The notes under the pieces: generated by a model
What the model was told of the DNA's origin: nothing
Database searches by the model: none
What the model saw: only the letters and a program-made list of their open reading frames with translations
Source: an uncultured Alphaproteobacteria bacterium
Lineage (GTDB): Bacteria; Pseudomonadota; Alphaproteobacteria; RF32; CAG-239
Assembly: GCA_944392275.1 (NCBI GenBank)
Contig: CALXWA010000004.1
Span: 20,562 to 84,561 of the forward strand
Direction of reading: 5' to 3'
Length of the DNA stretch: 64,000 bases
Translations under genes and position numbers: made by a program
Shown here: in pieces, positions 1-8,953 of the stretch
Position numbering within the stretch: the first letter of the stretch is position 1
Layout of the letters: every line of letters begins with the position of its first letter

Positions 1-352
1 TCCTCATCGGTATCAAAATACAATCCGCCTTCGTTCAGCAACGCATACAAACGCACATAATCTGAAACAAAAGCCCATTTTTTAGCTTGAACCGCCTGTC
101 GCAAATACACATTGTCAAACTTATCCAAACAATCATTTCCCCAACACTTAAGTTCAAAGTCGGGAAAAAACTTCTTCCATGAGGCAATACATCTGTTTTC
201 CAACTCGCCGGTAGGCTTATCGCCAAACCAACAATAATGAATAATCTTAGGAATCATATTTTTCTTTCTGCACTATTTACAAATCAACTGCAAATATCAT
301 ATTACAGTCTTAAAAAAAATAAACAGAAAAGTCTTTCTATACACATCATCCC

Positions 353-904
353 TTAATTTTCTTCAATGGTTATAATTTTATCCTGACGATAAACCATGAA
401 GAATTCAATAATTTCAATAATTCCGTATAAAAAGATATAACTTCCCATTAAAACCGTTAACGTAATTGTCCCAACCAACGGATAAGCTAAGATCCAAAAT
501 CCGAACAACACACCCAAAAGCCCAACCGTCAAAGACCACCCCCACGGCAAAGCAAATTTTCTCAAATTCAAAGCTCCGACAATCTGCACCACACCAACGG
601 CAATACTCCACAATGCAAAAATAACCGGTAACGTTGCAGCACTCACGCCCAAATTAGAAACAAAGACCACCCCGACCAACATGTCCAAAAGACCGACCAA
701 CAAATACCAGCCGGATCGATAAGAAAAAGAAGCCATAAAATAACCGGCCCCGACAACAAGAAAGACAATTCCCAAATACAAGGCCAGAGCCATTAAAGTT
801 GCCACCGGATTAAACCAAACAAAAATTCCGAACACCGCCATAATAACACCGGCCAACAAATGCCATAAACTGGCATTATGATAATTCATATTAAATATCC
901 TCAT
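353..904 (-). CDS. HdeD-family (DUF308) integral membrane protein
   Basis: ORF 353..991 trimmed to the ATG at 904 (MRIFNMNYH...), which is preceded by a GGAGAA RBS. The longer ORF would run into the terminator hairpin at 975-1008. About 6 TM helices with a Gly/Val/Leu-rich pattern typical of HdeD/DUF308. Confidence 0.5.
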   Translation of the reverse strand: MRIFNMNYHNASLWHLLAGVIMAVFGIFVWFNPVATLMALALYLGIVFLVVGAGYFMASFSYRSGWYLLVGLLDMLVGVVFVSNLGVSAATLPVIFALWSIAVGVVQIVGALNLRKFALPWGWSLTVGLLGVLFGFWILAYPLVGTITLTVLMGSYIFLYGIIEIIEFFMVYRQDKIITIEEN

Positions 905-974
905 TGCTTTCTCCACATTAAAATTAAAGATACTTATAAAATAATCGTTCAAAAAACAATTCAAAGAGAACACA

Positions 975-1008
975 AGAAAAAAGTCCTTCAAAAAGAAGGA
1001 CTTTTTTT
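975..1008. terminator. Rho-independent terminator (bidirectional hairpin)
   Basis: Perfect 9-bp stem AAGTCCTTC / GAAGGACTT with loop AAAAA. An A-run precedes it and a T7 run follows it, so it reads as a hairpin plus T-run on both strands. It sits directly 3' of the minus-strand gene that ends at 1031. Confidence 0.7.
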
Positions 1009-1030
1009 AAGTTTCAACACCGCAGAAGGC

Positions 1031-1414
1031 TTAATCAACATAAATAACTTCCGTATCTTCGTTATCCGCGGCATTGACACATTTTTTTGTAACTTTTCCG
1101 CTTGATTTAGAAACCATCACAAAACATTTTTTATCAATTTCCGGATAATACTGGTTAGGTTGATAAACCACATCTCGGGCTTGGTTAGCCACAACATAGC
1201 TGCCAAGAGCCACACCGGTTACACCGGCCAACACACCCCAAGCCAAATCATGACGAGGATGATGCCGAACAACATGCACGACCGGGGGATGAGGCGGATG
1301 ATGCCGAACAACATGCACGACCGGGGGATGAGGCGGATGATGCCACGGTCTGGCATAAGCAAAATCCGGACACATCATCAAAACAGCTAAAAAAGCAACC
1401 CCAAAAATTTTCAT
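1031..1414 (-). CDS. secreted His/Pro-rich repeat protein (putative periplasmic metal-binding protein)
   Basis: N-terminal signal peptide (MKIFGVAFLAVLMMCPDFAYA). A 13-aa unit HHPPHPPVVHVVR is repeated twice perfectly, plus a third partial copy. Last gene of the ECF-sigma cluster, followed by the terminator at 975-1008. Confidence 0.6.
   Translation of the reverse strand: MKIFGVAFLAVLMMCPDFAYARPWHHPPHPPVVHVVRHHPPHPPVVHVVRHHPRHDLAWGVLAGVTGVALGSYVVANQARDVVYQPNQYYPEIDKKCFVMVSKSSGKVTKKCVNAADNEDTEVIYVD
1258..1335. repeat. perfect tandem duplication of a 39-bp unit (GATGATGCCGAACAACATGCACGACCGGGGGATGAGGCG), with a 9-bp partial third copy to about 1344
   Basis: Read directly from the sequence: 1258-1296 is identical to 1297-1335. 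In frame, it encodes the HHPPHPPVVHVVR repeats of the 1031..1414 gene. Confidence 0.9.
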
Positions 1415-1472
1415 AATCCACTCCTTTTAGAAAGAGGTGCTTGCTTTTTATATTCACAAGCACCAAATTGTC

Positions 1473-1940
1473 TTAGTCAATCGGTTTTGGTAAATCTTCA
1501 GGTTTTGGAGCACCTTCAACCGGCGGCAGTTTAGGATGGTGCGGCCCTTTTTTCATCCCCAGACGCGGAGCTTTAGGACCTCTTGGACCTTTATGCTTAT
1601 CCATTTCTGCTTTAATTTTGGCAAACTTTTCTTGTTGTTCCGGCGTAAGAATTTTTTCAAATTCTTTCATATTTTCTTTTCTGAGTTTATCCATCTTTTC
1701 ATGAAGTTTCCGAACCTTTTCCATTAACGGCTTAATTTTTTCTTGCCCATCTTCACGAATTTTATCGGCTTTTTCTCGTTGTTCAGCCGTCAGTCCTAAA
1801 TCATCGGCAAGTCTTTTGGCCATTTGCTCGTGCCGAGGAGGTTCTCCGACCGGTCCGGCATTTTTATGGACACGGGCATTTGCCGTTGCCGCAAAAACCA
1901 TAACGGTTGAACACATTAAAACACATAAAACTTTTTTCAT
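1473..1940 (-). CDS. periplasmic LTXXQ-motif protein, Spy/CpxP/ZraP family
   Basis: Signal peptide. Two LTxxQ motifs (LTAEQREKADKI and LTPEQQEKFAKI) in a helical K/E-rich body, with a Pro/Lys-rich C-terminal tail. Stop is 2 nt from the ECF sigma gene, suggesting an operon. Confidence 0.6.
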   Translation of the reverse strand: MKKVLCVLMCSTVMVFAATANARVHKNAGPVGEPPRHEQMAKRLADDLGLTAEQREKADKIREDGQEKIKPLMEKVRKLHEKMDKLRKENMKEFEKILTPEQQEKFAKIKAEMDKHKGPRGPKAPRLGMKKGPHHPKLPPVEGAPKPEDLPKPID

Positions 1941-1941
1941 A

Positions 1942-2436
1942 TTATTCTCCTTTTAAGATTTGCAATTTTTCACTCAGGATTTTCCGAGCATTAAATAATC
2001 TTGATTTAACCGTTCCGACAGATACGCCTGTTTTTTTTGCAATCTGTTCATAGCTCATATCCTCAAATTCAAACAAAACCACAACCTGTTTCATCTTTTT
2101 AGGCAAAGCATCAACAGCCTTCAAAATCATTTTTTGCCGTACTTTTGCATCGAAAACTTCTTCTTGCGAAGATTGAGCCGGAAGATCATTCAAAGTCTCT
2201 TCGTCATTGAGTTGTCTGGCTTCCATTTTATATTGTCTGGACTTAAAATAATCCCGACAAACATTGGCCGTCAAAGCACTGATCCATTGGGTAAACTTTC
2301 CTTCTTCTTTATAATTACTGAGATTTCGCCATGTTTTAATATAAACTTCTTGCTCAATATCTTCATTATAAGAACCGGTAAGTTTTTTAATAATCGCCTT
2401 AACGCGGCTTTTATTTTCCAAAATTATCTGTTTCAT
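1942..2436 (-). CDS. RNA polymerase ECF-type sigma factor (sigma-70 family, group 4)
   Basis: Region-2 signature (EQEVYIKTWRNLSNY...FTQWISALTANVCRDYFKSRQ) and region-4 HTH (MSYEQIAKKTGVSVGTVKSRLFNARKIL); 164 aa. Confidence 0.8.
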   Translation of the reverse strand: MKQIILENKSRVKAIIKKLTGSYNEDIEQEVYIKTWRNLSNYKEEGKFTQWISALTANVCRDYFKSRQYKMEARQLNDEETLNDLPAQSSQEEVFDAKVRQKMILKAVDALPKKMKQVVVLFEFEDMSYEQIAKKTGVSVGTVKSRLFNARKILSEKLQILKGE

Positions 2437-2700
2437 CTAACCAACCATCAATAATCCGTATTCATCTGTAGGCAAGCCCATGTTTTCAATAACCGATGTA
2501 TTGGTTTCACTCACATACCAATTATCTTGAGCATAATTGGCATAAAAGCTATAATCAATATCTCTCGGATAGAAGCTACCAATCCCGATAATACAAACCA
2601 GCATCGCCAAAACCGTTTTAATTTGATTATTACGGCGTTTTCTTGCCAGATACAACGGCTTGGCTTCTTTCAATAACTGAGATACTTCTTCATACATGTT
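2437..2700 (-). CDS. small single-pass membrane protein, candidate minimal anti-sigma factor
   Basis: ORF 2437..2793 trimmed to the ATG at 2700 (MYEEVSQLL...), preceded by an AAGGAGGA RBS. Cytoplasmic segment of about 30 aa, one TM (VLAMLVCIIGIGSF) and a periplasmic segment of about 35 aa. Its stop abuts the ECF sigma start (2437/2436). Confidence 0.4.
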   Translation of the reverse strand, partial: NMYEEVSQLLKEAKPLYLARKRRNNQIKTVLAMLVCIIGIGSFYPRDIDYSFYANYAQDNWYVSETNTSVIENMGLPTDEYGLLMVG

Positions 2701-2783
2701 GTTCTCCTCCTTACACTTCTTAAAACGACATCGGTATCTCAAAAGTTCAAAAAAAAAATAAAAAAAATTACACAAAAGATATT

Positions 2784-3671
2784 TTATGAACACCCAAACT
2801 TTTCATCAAGTAATTTTTTAGCATAATCCAAAACAACTCTAATCCTTGGATTATCCTTCGTATCACGATGGGCAATCAAATAAATTTTACTGGTAAACTC
2901 AAAATGCAAATGATCCAATGGCATTAAAATTCCTTTATAAGAATACGGACAAATACCAATCCCGACACCGGATTTCAAAACAGATTTTAAGGCCATAATC
3001 GAATTTGTCGTATAAATAATATGCTTAGCCTTGCTTAAAAATTCTCTTGGCTTTTTCAGATTCATCAGATAACCGGTTTTATAACAAACCCGATGATTTT
3101 CATAAAGATCATTCATATTCTTCGGAATACCAAACTCTTCCAAATATTTAGAGGATGCAAACAACCCAAAGCGTACATCTTTTTCAGCAATAATAACCGC
3201 ATCAGCTTCTCTTGGCGGAGCATAATCCACCAAAATATCCGTTTCCATCATAGCAATACTTGGGCGTTTATTTCCGAGAATAGTATATAAATGAATTCCC
3301 GGATACTGCTTAATAAAATCAAACAACTTTTTAGAAGAGATATCTCCGGCCGCCGAATCATTTACCGCAAAACGAACAATTCCCTGATAATTACCAACCT
3401 CATCGGCAATATCATCCAAATTTCTTAAACACTTGATGATATTATCCGCAATACTTAAAAATCTTTCTCCTTCCGGCGTAATAATGCTGCCGCGACCATT
3501 GCCGCTCAACAAAACAATTTTTAACTCTTCTTCCAAATCTCCGATATATTTGTTAATCGTATCAACCGAGACACCCAAATGTTTAGAAGCCTCTCGTTTA
3601 CTGCGACATTCCGTAAAAGCGTCCAAATACAATAAAGCGTTTAGTCGTGCAATATCTTTCTTTGTAACCAT
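2784..3671 (-). CDS. LysR-family transcriptional regulator
   Basis: N-terminal wHTH (LNALLYLDAFTECRSKREASKHLGVSVDTINKYIGDLEEEL) followed by a LysR substrate-binding domain; 295 aa. Confidence 0.75.
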   Translation of the reverse strand: MVTKKDIARLNALLYLDAFTECRSKREASKHLGVSVDTINKYIGDLEEELKIVLLSGNGRGSIITPEGERFLSIADNIIKCLRNLDDIADEVGNYQGIVRFAVNDSAAGDISSKKLFDFIKQYPGIHLYTILGNKRPSIAMMETDILVDYAPPREADAVIIAEKDVRFGLFASSKYLEEFGIPKNMNDLYENHRVCYKTGYLMNLKKPREFLSKAKHIIYTTNSIMALKSVLKSGVGIGICPYSYKGILMPLDHLHFEFTSKIYLIAHRDTKDNPRIRVVLDYAKKLLDEKFGCS

Positions 3672-3870
3672 TGTTTTTACCTTTGCACCAATGTTAAAAA
3701 AGGAAAATAAAAAAACTTGCTAAGAATAGTGAATATGTTATTTTAATATAAAAATACACCATTAAAAATTTTTAATAAAATGCACATACTACTTTAGCTT
3801 ATATCTTAAAAAGACAATATTTTCAACAAAAATAATAAAAAACAACGATTTTACAAATAAGAGTCCACAC

Positions 3871-4644
3871 ATGAAAACAACAAAACTATTTTTGCTATTA
3901 CAAATTTTTATCCTAAGCAGTTGTGTTGCCGCCAACACACCACCAGACAATTTCCACTACCAAGAAATTCAAACATCAACCTTCAAACTGGCCTCTTGGC
4001 AAAAAATAAGCTCAAACAATGCCCCCTACAAAATTTACATTGAAGGAGACGGATACGCCTTCAACCACCGAGGAAAAGCCAGCCACAACCCCACTCCCAG
4101 AAGCACAACCCTACGTGATATTGCCTTCAAAGACCCCTCGCCCAATGTCATCTATCTGGCTCGCCCCTGCCAATTTGTCAAAAACGATCCGATTTGTTCC
4201 ACTCGCCATTGGACAACAGCACGTTTTGCTCCCGAAGTGATAAGAGCAACTTCCGAAAGCGTTGAGAAAATAACCAACAATCAACCAATTATCTTAATCG
4301 GTTTTTCGGGAGGGGCTCAGGTCGCCGGATTAGTTGCCACAACCAACCCTCGCCTCCACATAAAAAAATTAATTACCATCGCCGGCAATCTGGATCACCA
4401 AGCCTGGACCAACTATCATCATCTCCCTCCTTTAAATGAGTCCTTATCTTTGGCCGATTATCAAGAAAGCTACCTCCATTTTCCACAAACACACTATGTA
4501 GGGGAAAAAGACAACGTGATGCCGCCACAATTAATCCATGACTTTGTCGGGACAGCCCATAAACAAGATGTTATTCTTGTTCCCCAAGCCGAACATAATT
4601 CCGGTTTTATGGCAATAGCCCCTCAAATTTGGCAAGAACAATAA
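3871..4644 (+). CDS. lipoprotein, alpha/beta-hydrolase fold (GxSxG serine hydrolase)
   Basis: Lipobox (LSSC) after the signal peptide, and a GFSGG nucleophile-elbow motif. Confidence 0.5.
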   Translation: MKTTKLFLLLQIFILSSCVAANTPPDNFHYQEIQTSTFKLASWQKISSNNAPYKIYIEGDGYAFNHRGKASHNPTPRSTTLRDIAFKDPSPNVIYLARPCQFVKNDPICSTRHWTTARFAPEVIRATSESVEKITNNQPIILIGFSGGAQVAGLVATTNPRLHIKKLITIAGNLDHQAWTNYHHLPPLNESLSLADYQESYLHFPQTHYVGEKDNVMPPQLIHDFVGTAHKQDVILVPQAEHNSGFMAIAPQIWQEQ

Positions 4645-4672
4645 AAAATCCCCTGAATAAAATTCAGGGGAT
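4643..4672. terminator. Rho-independent terminator between convergent genes
   Basis: Hairpin ATCCCCTGAAT-AAA-ATTCAGGGGAT with an 11-bp perfect stem. An A-run lies upstream, which is a T-run on the minus strand, so it serves glmS and probably also the plus-strand lipoprotein gene. Confidence 0.75.
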
Positions 4673-4679
4673 CTTACCA

Positions 4680-6521
4680 TTATTCCACAGTAACCGATTT
4701 TGCCAAATTGCGGGGTTGATCGACTTCTCGTCCTAAAGCATCGGCAATAAAATAAGCCAGAAGCTGTAGCGGAATATTTGCCAGTATCGGAGACAACGCC
4801 TCATCAATTTCTGGAATACGGATAATTTCATCAAAAATCGTTACTAAATGTTCATCTAAAGAAGACGTAACAGCAATCATTTTTGCATGACGAGCCTTAG
4901 CCTCTTCACAATTTGACAACATTTTATCATACGTAACGCCTCCGGGAATAAGGATTGCTAAAACCGGCATATTTTCATCCAACAAAGCAATCGGCCCGTG
5001 TTTTAACTCTCCGGCGGCATAACCGGTAGCATTAATATAGCTGATCTCTTTGAGCTTTAAGGCTCCTTCCATAGCTGTTGGCAAATTAACCCCTCTGGCC
5101 ATATAAACAAAACTTTTATATTGAGCCAAACGTAAAGCCTGCTCTTTAAGAGCGTCCGCCTTACTCAAAACCTCATCCATTTTAGCCGGTAGTTCCAATA
5201 ATTGTTGCTTTAACTCTTTTAGCTTTTTAAGATTAGAACCTGTTTGGTGTTCGGCCCAGGCAATGGCAAACAAGTATAAAGAAATCAACTGTGCCGTATA
5301 AGATTTTGTTGCAGCAACACTCACCTCAATACCGGCATTTAACGGAATAATATTGTCTGAATATCGGACAATGCTTGAATCAACACGGTTGGTTAATGTA
5401 AGAATATGAGCTCCTTTGGCTTTTGCTTGTTTAACCGCCGTAATGGTATCCGCCGTTTCTCCGGACTGTGAAATACCAATCGTTAGCGTATCGGCCCCCG
5501 TAATAGTATCCCGATAAATATATTCGCTGGCTGCCTCTACATTAACACTGACTTTTACCAGAGATTCCAAAAGATACTTGGCCACCATTGCAGCGTGCAA
5601 AGAAGTCCCGCAAGCAATAATCTCAACCTTTGTTTTTTTCAAAATCTCATTCCAATTAATTCCTTGCAAATTCAATGGGCTATCAACCGAGGATATTCTT
5701 TCGGATAACAGATTCCGCACAATATCAGACTGTTCATTAATCTCCTTAAGCATAAAATGTTTATAACCGCGTTTACTGATTGCCTCCGGACTAAAATTAA
5801 CCACCTCGGGATTTTTGTTTAAAATATGTCCGTCAAAATCCTTAACGGTAACTTGGTTTTGCGTCACAAGAGCCATTTCGCCATCATCTAAATAAATAAT
5901 TTTTTGTACTTTGCCGATAATGGCCGGAACATCACTGGCAATAAAATTTTCATGATCCCCAAGCCCGATAATTAACGGAGCATTCTTTCGGACCGCCACA
6001 ATCTTATCCGGCTCGTCCTGATGCATAATACAAAAAGCAAAAGCCCCCTTCAAAAGCCTGACAGCTCTGGCTACTCCTTGCTCTAAAGATTGAGCAAGAT
6101 GATATTCTCGATCCACCAAATGCGTTGCCACTTCCGTATCCGTTTCTGAAACAAAATGATACCCTTGTTTGATCAGTTCTTCCTTTAATTCCTTATAATT
6201 TTCAATAATCCCGTTATGAACCAAAACCAACTTTCCATCATTGGAACGGTGCGGATGAGCGTTTTCAACCGTCGGGCTTCCATGGGTTGCCCAACGGATA
6301 TGACCAATTCCCCGTGTTGAAGACAATAACTGTTTTTTATGTTGTTCTAAAACATCGCATAAATTACAGAGTTTTCCCTTAGCCTTAAAAATATCAATAT
6401 TTTCATTATCATTCAACGCAATACCGGCCGAATCATAACCTCTGTATTCAAGATTTTTCAGACCATTAATCAACTCTTCGGCAACCGCGTTGTTGCCGAT
6501 ATAACCAACAATACCACACAT
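4680..6521 (-). CDS. glmS: glutamine--fructose-6-phosphate aminotransferase (isomerizing)
   Basis: MCGIVGY N-terminal Cys amidotransferase domain, two SIS domains, and the C-terminal ...KSVTVE motif; 613 aa. Confidence 0.95.
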   Translation of the reverse strand: MCGIVGYIGNNAVAEELINGLKNLEYRGYDSAGIALNDNENIDIFKAKGKLCNLCDVLEQHKKQLLSSTRGIGHIRWATHGSPTVENAHPHRSNDGKLVLVHNGIIENYKELKEELIKQGYHFVSETDTEVATHLVDREYHLAQSLEQGVARAVRLLKGAFAFCIMHQDEPDKIVAVRKNAPLIIGLGDHENFIASDVPAIIGKVQKIIYLDDGEMALVTQNQVTVKDFDGHILNKNPEVVNFSPEAISKRGYKHFMLKEINEQSDIVRNLLSERISSVDSPLNLQGINWNEILKKTKVEIIACGTSLHAAMVAKYLLESLVKVSVNVEAASEYIYRDTITGADTLTIGISQSGETADTITAVKQAKAKGAHILTLTNRVDSSIVRYSDNIIPLNAGIEVSVAATKSYTAQLISLYLFAIAWAEHQTGSNLKKLKELKQQLLELPAKMDEVLSKADALKEQALRLAQYKSFVYMARGVNLPTAMEGALKLKEISYINATGYAAGELKHGPIALLDENMPVLAILIPGGVTYDKMLSNCEEAKARHAKMIAVTSSLDEHLVTIFDEIIRIPEIDEALSPILANIPLQLLAYFIADALGREVDQPRNLAKSVTVE

Positions 6522-6538
6522 TTTTAAAATCCTTTAAG

Positions 6539-7057
6539 TTAAATTTGCCCCAATTCCTTCAACACGCGAAGGACGTTTTCCTTATTCCGTTTTTTTATCG
6601 GACGAATAGGTCTTCCGGCATAAACCGTCCACGGCTCAAACTTATAATTTGAGGGAACAAAACTCAAAGCTCCGATACTCACTCCTTCCGGAATATGATT
6701 ATTTGGCATAATAACGGAATTGGTCCCCACTCCGGTATATTTTTCCATAGTAACATCGCCCTGAATCTCCTTAACATTCGGAACAGAGTGCGTCACCAAT
6801 TCATTAACATAGTCATTAGAACTGAGCCAAACCTTAACCCCGGCGGCTAAACTGGAATAACTTCCCATTTTAAACTTATACTTACCATCTCCTCCGGAAA
6901 TATAAGTACCGCTTGCTATTTCACAATCAGACCCAATTTCACAAGCTGAGGAGATCCGGCAAAAATCCGAAATACGTACATTATCACCGGCAGAAACAAG
7001 TTCCGGCTTTTTAATAATTACGTATTCACCCAAGATAAAATTTTTACCACACTTCAT
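6539..7057 (-). CDS. left-handed beta-helix (hexapeptide-repeat) acyl/acetyltransferase
   Basis: Repeated [LIV]-G-x-x-x-x hexapeptide pattern throughout; 172 aa; immediately upstream of glmS. Confidence 0.6.
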   Translation of the reverse strand: MKCGKNFILGEYVIIKKPELVSAGDNVRISDFCRISSACEIGSDCEIASGTYISGGDGKYKFKMGSYSSLAAGVKVWLSSNDYVNELVTHSVPNVKEIQGDVTMEKYTGVGTNSVIMPNNHIPEGVSIGALSFVPSNYKFEPWTVYAGRPIRPIKKRNKENVLRVLKELGQI

Positions 7058-7155
7058 AAATAAACCTCATAAGTAGTCACTTCTAATAGTTTAATATTAG
7101 AAGAAAAAAGAGTGATAACGCAAATCACTTAAAGTTTATTTATATTTCAAAAACC

Positions 7156-8820
7156 CTACACCCGAGAATAAGAACGACCGGAGTACGGAACCTCTCTTGT
7201 ACTTTTTTTCTTTTGTGGAGCAAGCTTTTCCTGAAGTTTTTTGATTTTTGCCAAAGGCTTAAATCGATCTCCCATTCCTTTAACTAAATCAGAACTTAAA
7301 GACAAAAAATTAGAAGTTTTCAACAGATATTTTGTAGGATGGCGTTCTTGACGGTCCCGAAAAGAATCTAAAACAAAATTAGCACTCTCACCTTTGTGCT
7401 CTTCCGCGTGAATATCTACCCCGTCTTTGTTGTACATAATCATAATTCCAAAATTTTCCAACAAATTCTTATCAGCGGCAATTTCATCTCCGCTCGCAGC
7501 CGACAAACGATCCCAGTGGTGAATATCAATTTTATAGGGGATAGAAGAACATCCTGAAACCAATTTTGGATTAAAACTTTTATTTTCCTTCAAACTATGC
7601 GCCCATTGACAAAGAAAATCAGGATCCATTCCATTTTCAACAAAATCTTGTTGCAATTTATTGTATATTGTTGAAACTTTTCGCATACAGAGTTGATAGT
7701 CGACCTTACTTCCGCTATCATTCCAATCCTCAATTTCACTTTTAGAAGCAAAACGTTCGAGCCATATTTTTTGTTTTTCCCGTTCAGTCAGATTTTCAGC
7801 CCCACCCAACATCAAAATATCCCCCATCTTGGACGCCAGTTCCTGATAAGGACTATCACAAACATCGGGAACAACATCAACAAAAGCAACATCTTCCAAA
7901 TTTTTTGGATCGCGTTGCAAAATATAAGCTAAATCATAACTGTTAAATTGATAAGCCTTTTCCGGAGCAATTCCCATTTCCGAAAATTTTTGAGCAAAAA
8001 CCTTTGCCATTTTATGGAAATTAGAACTCCCGTTCACAGCGTTCCAAAGAGTACTAAGTGGTTCTCCTTTGTCATTTTGACCAAAGAAATCATAATCTTC
8101 CGGAGCATATTGTTTAACCTTTTTTGTCTTTTGCCAAGATCGAAATGCCTCAGATAACAAACGTTCATTCAATTGATGATTTTTATCAACAGGGGCATAA
8201 AACTTTCCGGCCGCCATACAGCGTAAAATCTTTGTAACACTAGCATCCGGCAAACTATCTTTTGCAATGATATCGGCAAAATATTTTTTATGAATAAAGT
8301 TAAATTGTGCTTCAGGAATTTCTCCTCGCTCCACCAATCGCAGAAGCTGTTCCATCGTCTCTAAACGAACATCATCATCTCTGAGCAAACTTTCAGGTGT
8401 AGCAGAAGCATAATTGCGGACATCTTCTTTTGCCATCAAACATACATATTGTCGACGAAGAGCCGCATGATATTTTCTTACTAATTCGGCAAAATTACCA
8501 TTTTGTAAAGCTTTGACATCATTCTTGTTTACAATTTTTTGCAAGTAAGATGTAACCCTTGCACGGTGTTTAAGACAACACAAATCCAAATTCGTCAAAA
8601 GCTCTCGCAAAAGATCTTTTTCATCAAGATAATTTCTTTGACTAAATTCTTTACGAGCATCCGGCCTTGTAAAAATTTTTCGGGTTATGCTCCTACTTTC
8701 AAAACTTTTTGCAGCAGAAGGACTTGTAGGTGCAGAAGAAATCGGATTTCCGGTTTCCCGATTAATTCTAATTCTTTGTCTTTTTCTTTTAATGGGAGCA
8801 TTTTCTTCAGACATATCCAC
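7156..8820 (-). CDS. hypothetical protein (554 aa, cytoplasmic, no recognisable domain)
   Basis: Long uninterrupted ORF with a GAGGTGG RBS before the ATG. Basic N-terminus (KRKRQRIRINRE); no signal peptide and no TM segment. Confidence 0.6.
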   Translation of the reverse strand: MDMSEENAPIKRKRQRIRINRETGNPISSAPTSPSAAKSFESRSITRKIFTRPDARKEFSQRNYLDEKDLLRELLTNLDLCCLKHRARVTSYLQKIVNKNDVKALQNGNFAELVRKYHAALRRQYVCLMAKEDVRNYASATPESLLRDDDVRLETMEQLLRLVERGEIPEAQFNFIHKKYFADIIAKDSLPDASVTKILRCMAAGKFYAPVDKNHQLNERLLSEAFRSWQKTKKVKQYAPEDYDFFGQNDKGEPLSTLWNAVNGSSNFHKMAKVFAQKFSEMGIAPEKAYQFNSYDLAYILQRDPKNLEDVAFVDVVPDVCDSPYQELASKMGDILMLGGAENLTEREKQKIWLERFASKSEIEDWNDSGSKVDYQLCMRKVSTIYNKLQQDFVENGMDPDFLCQWAHSLKENKSFNPKLVSGCSSIPYKIDIHHWDRLSAASGDEIAADKNLLENFGIMIMYNKDGVDIHAEEHKGESANFVLDSFRDRQERHPTKYLLKTSNFLSLSSDLVKGMGDRFKPLAKIKKLQEKLAPQKKKSTREVPYSGRSYSRV

Positions 8821-8913
8821 CTCGAAACAAAAACATTTTTTTCTTTATTTTATTGTCCTACAACAGGGCTTTGCTTGTCAAACCCTTTTTTTTAAAAAAA
8901 AGAAAAATTTTAA

Positions 8914-8953
8914 TTGACAAAATAGAGAAAATTTGCTATGTATATTTTGTCAA
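8914..8953. promoter_or_regulatory. perfect 11-bp inverted repeat TTGACAAAATA-N18-TATTTTGTCAA bracketing the ATG at 8938
   Basis: Read directly from the sequence. The left arm also contains a TTGACA -35 hexamer, 17 bp upstream of TATGTA. A third half-site CTTGTCAAA lies at about 8874. Candidate operator or mRNA hairpin. Confidence 0.4.

Noticed and set aside
1160-1466. Antisense ORFs 1160..1390 on the plus strand and 1248..1466 on the minus strand, overlapping the His/Pro-rich gene
   Set aside because: They are mirror or frame-shifted readings of the 39-bp tandem repeat. The signal-peptide-bearing frame 1031..1414 is the coherent one.
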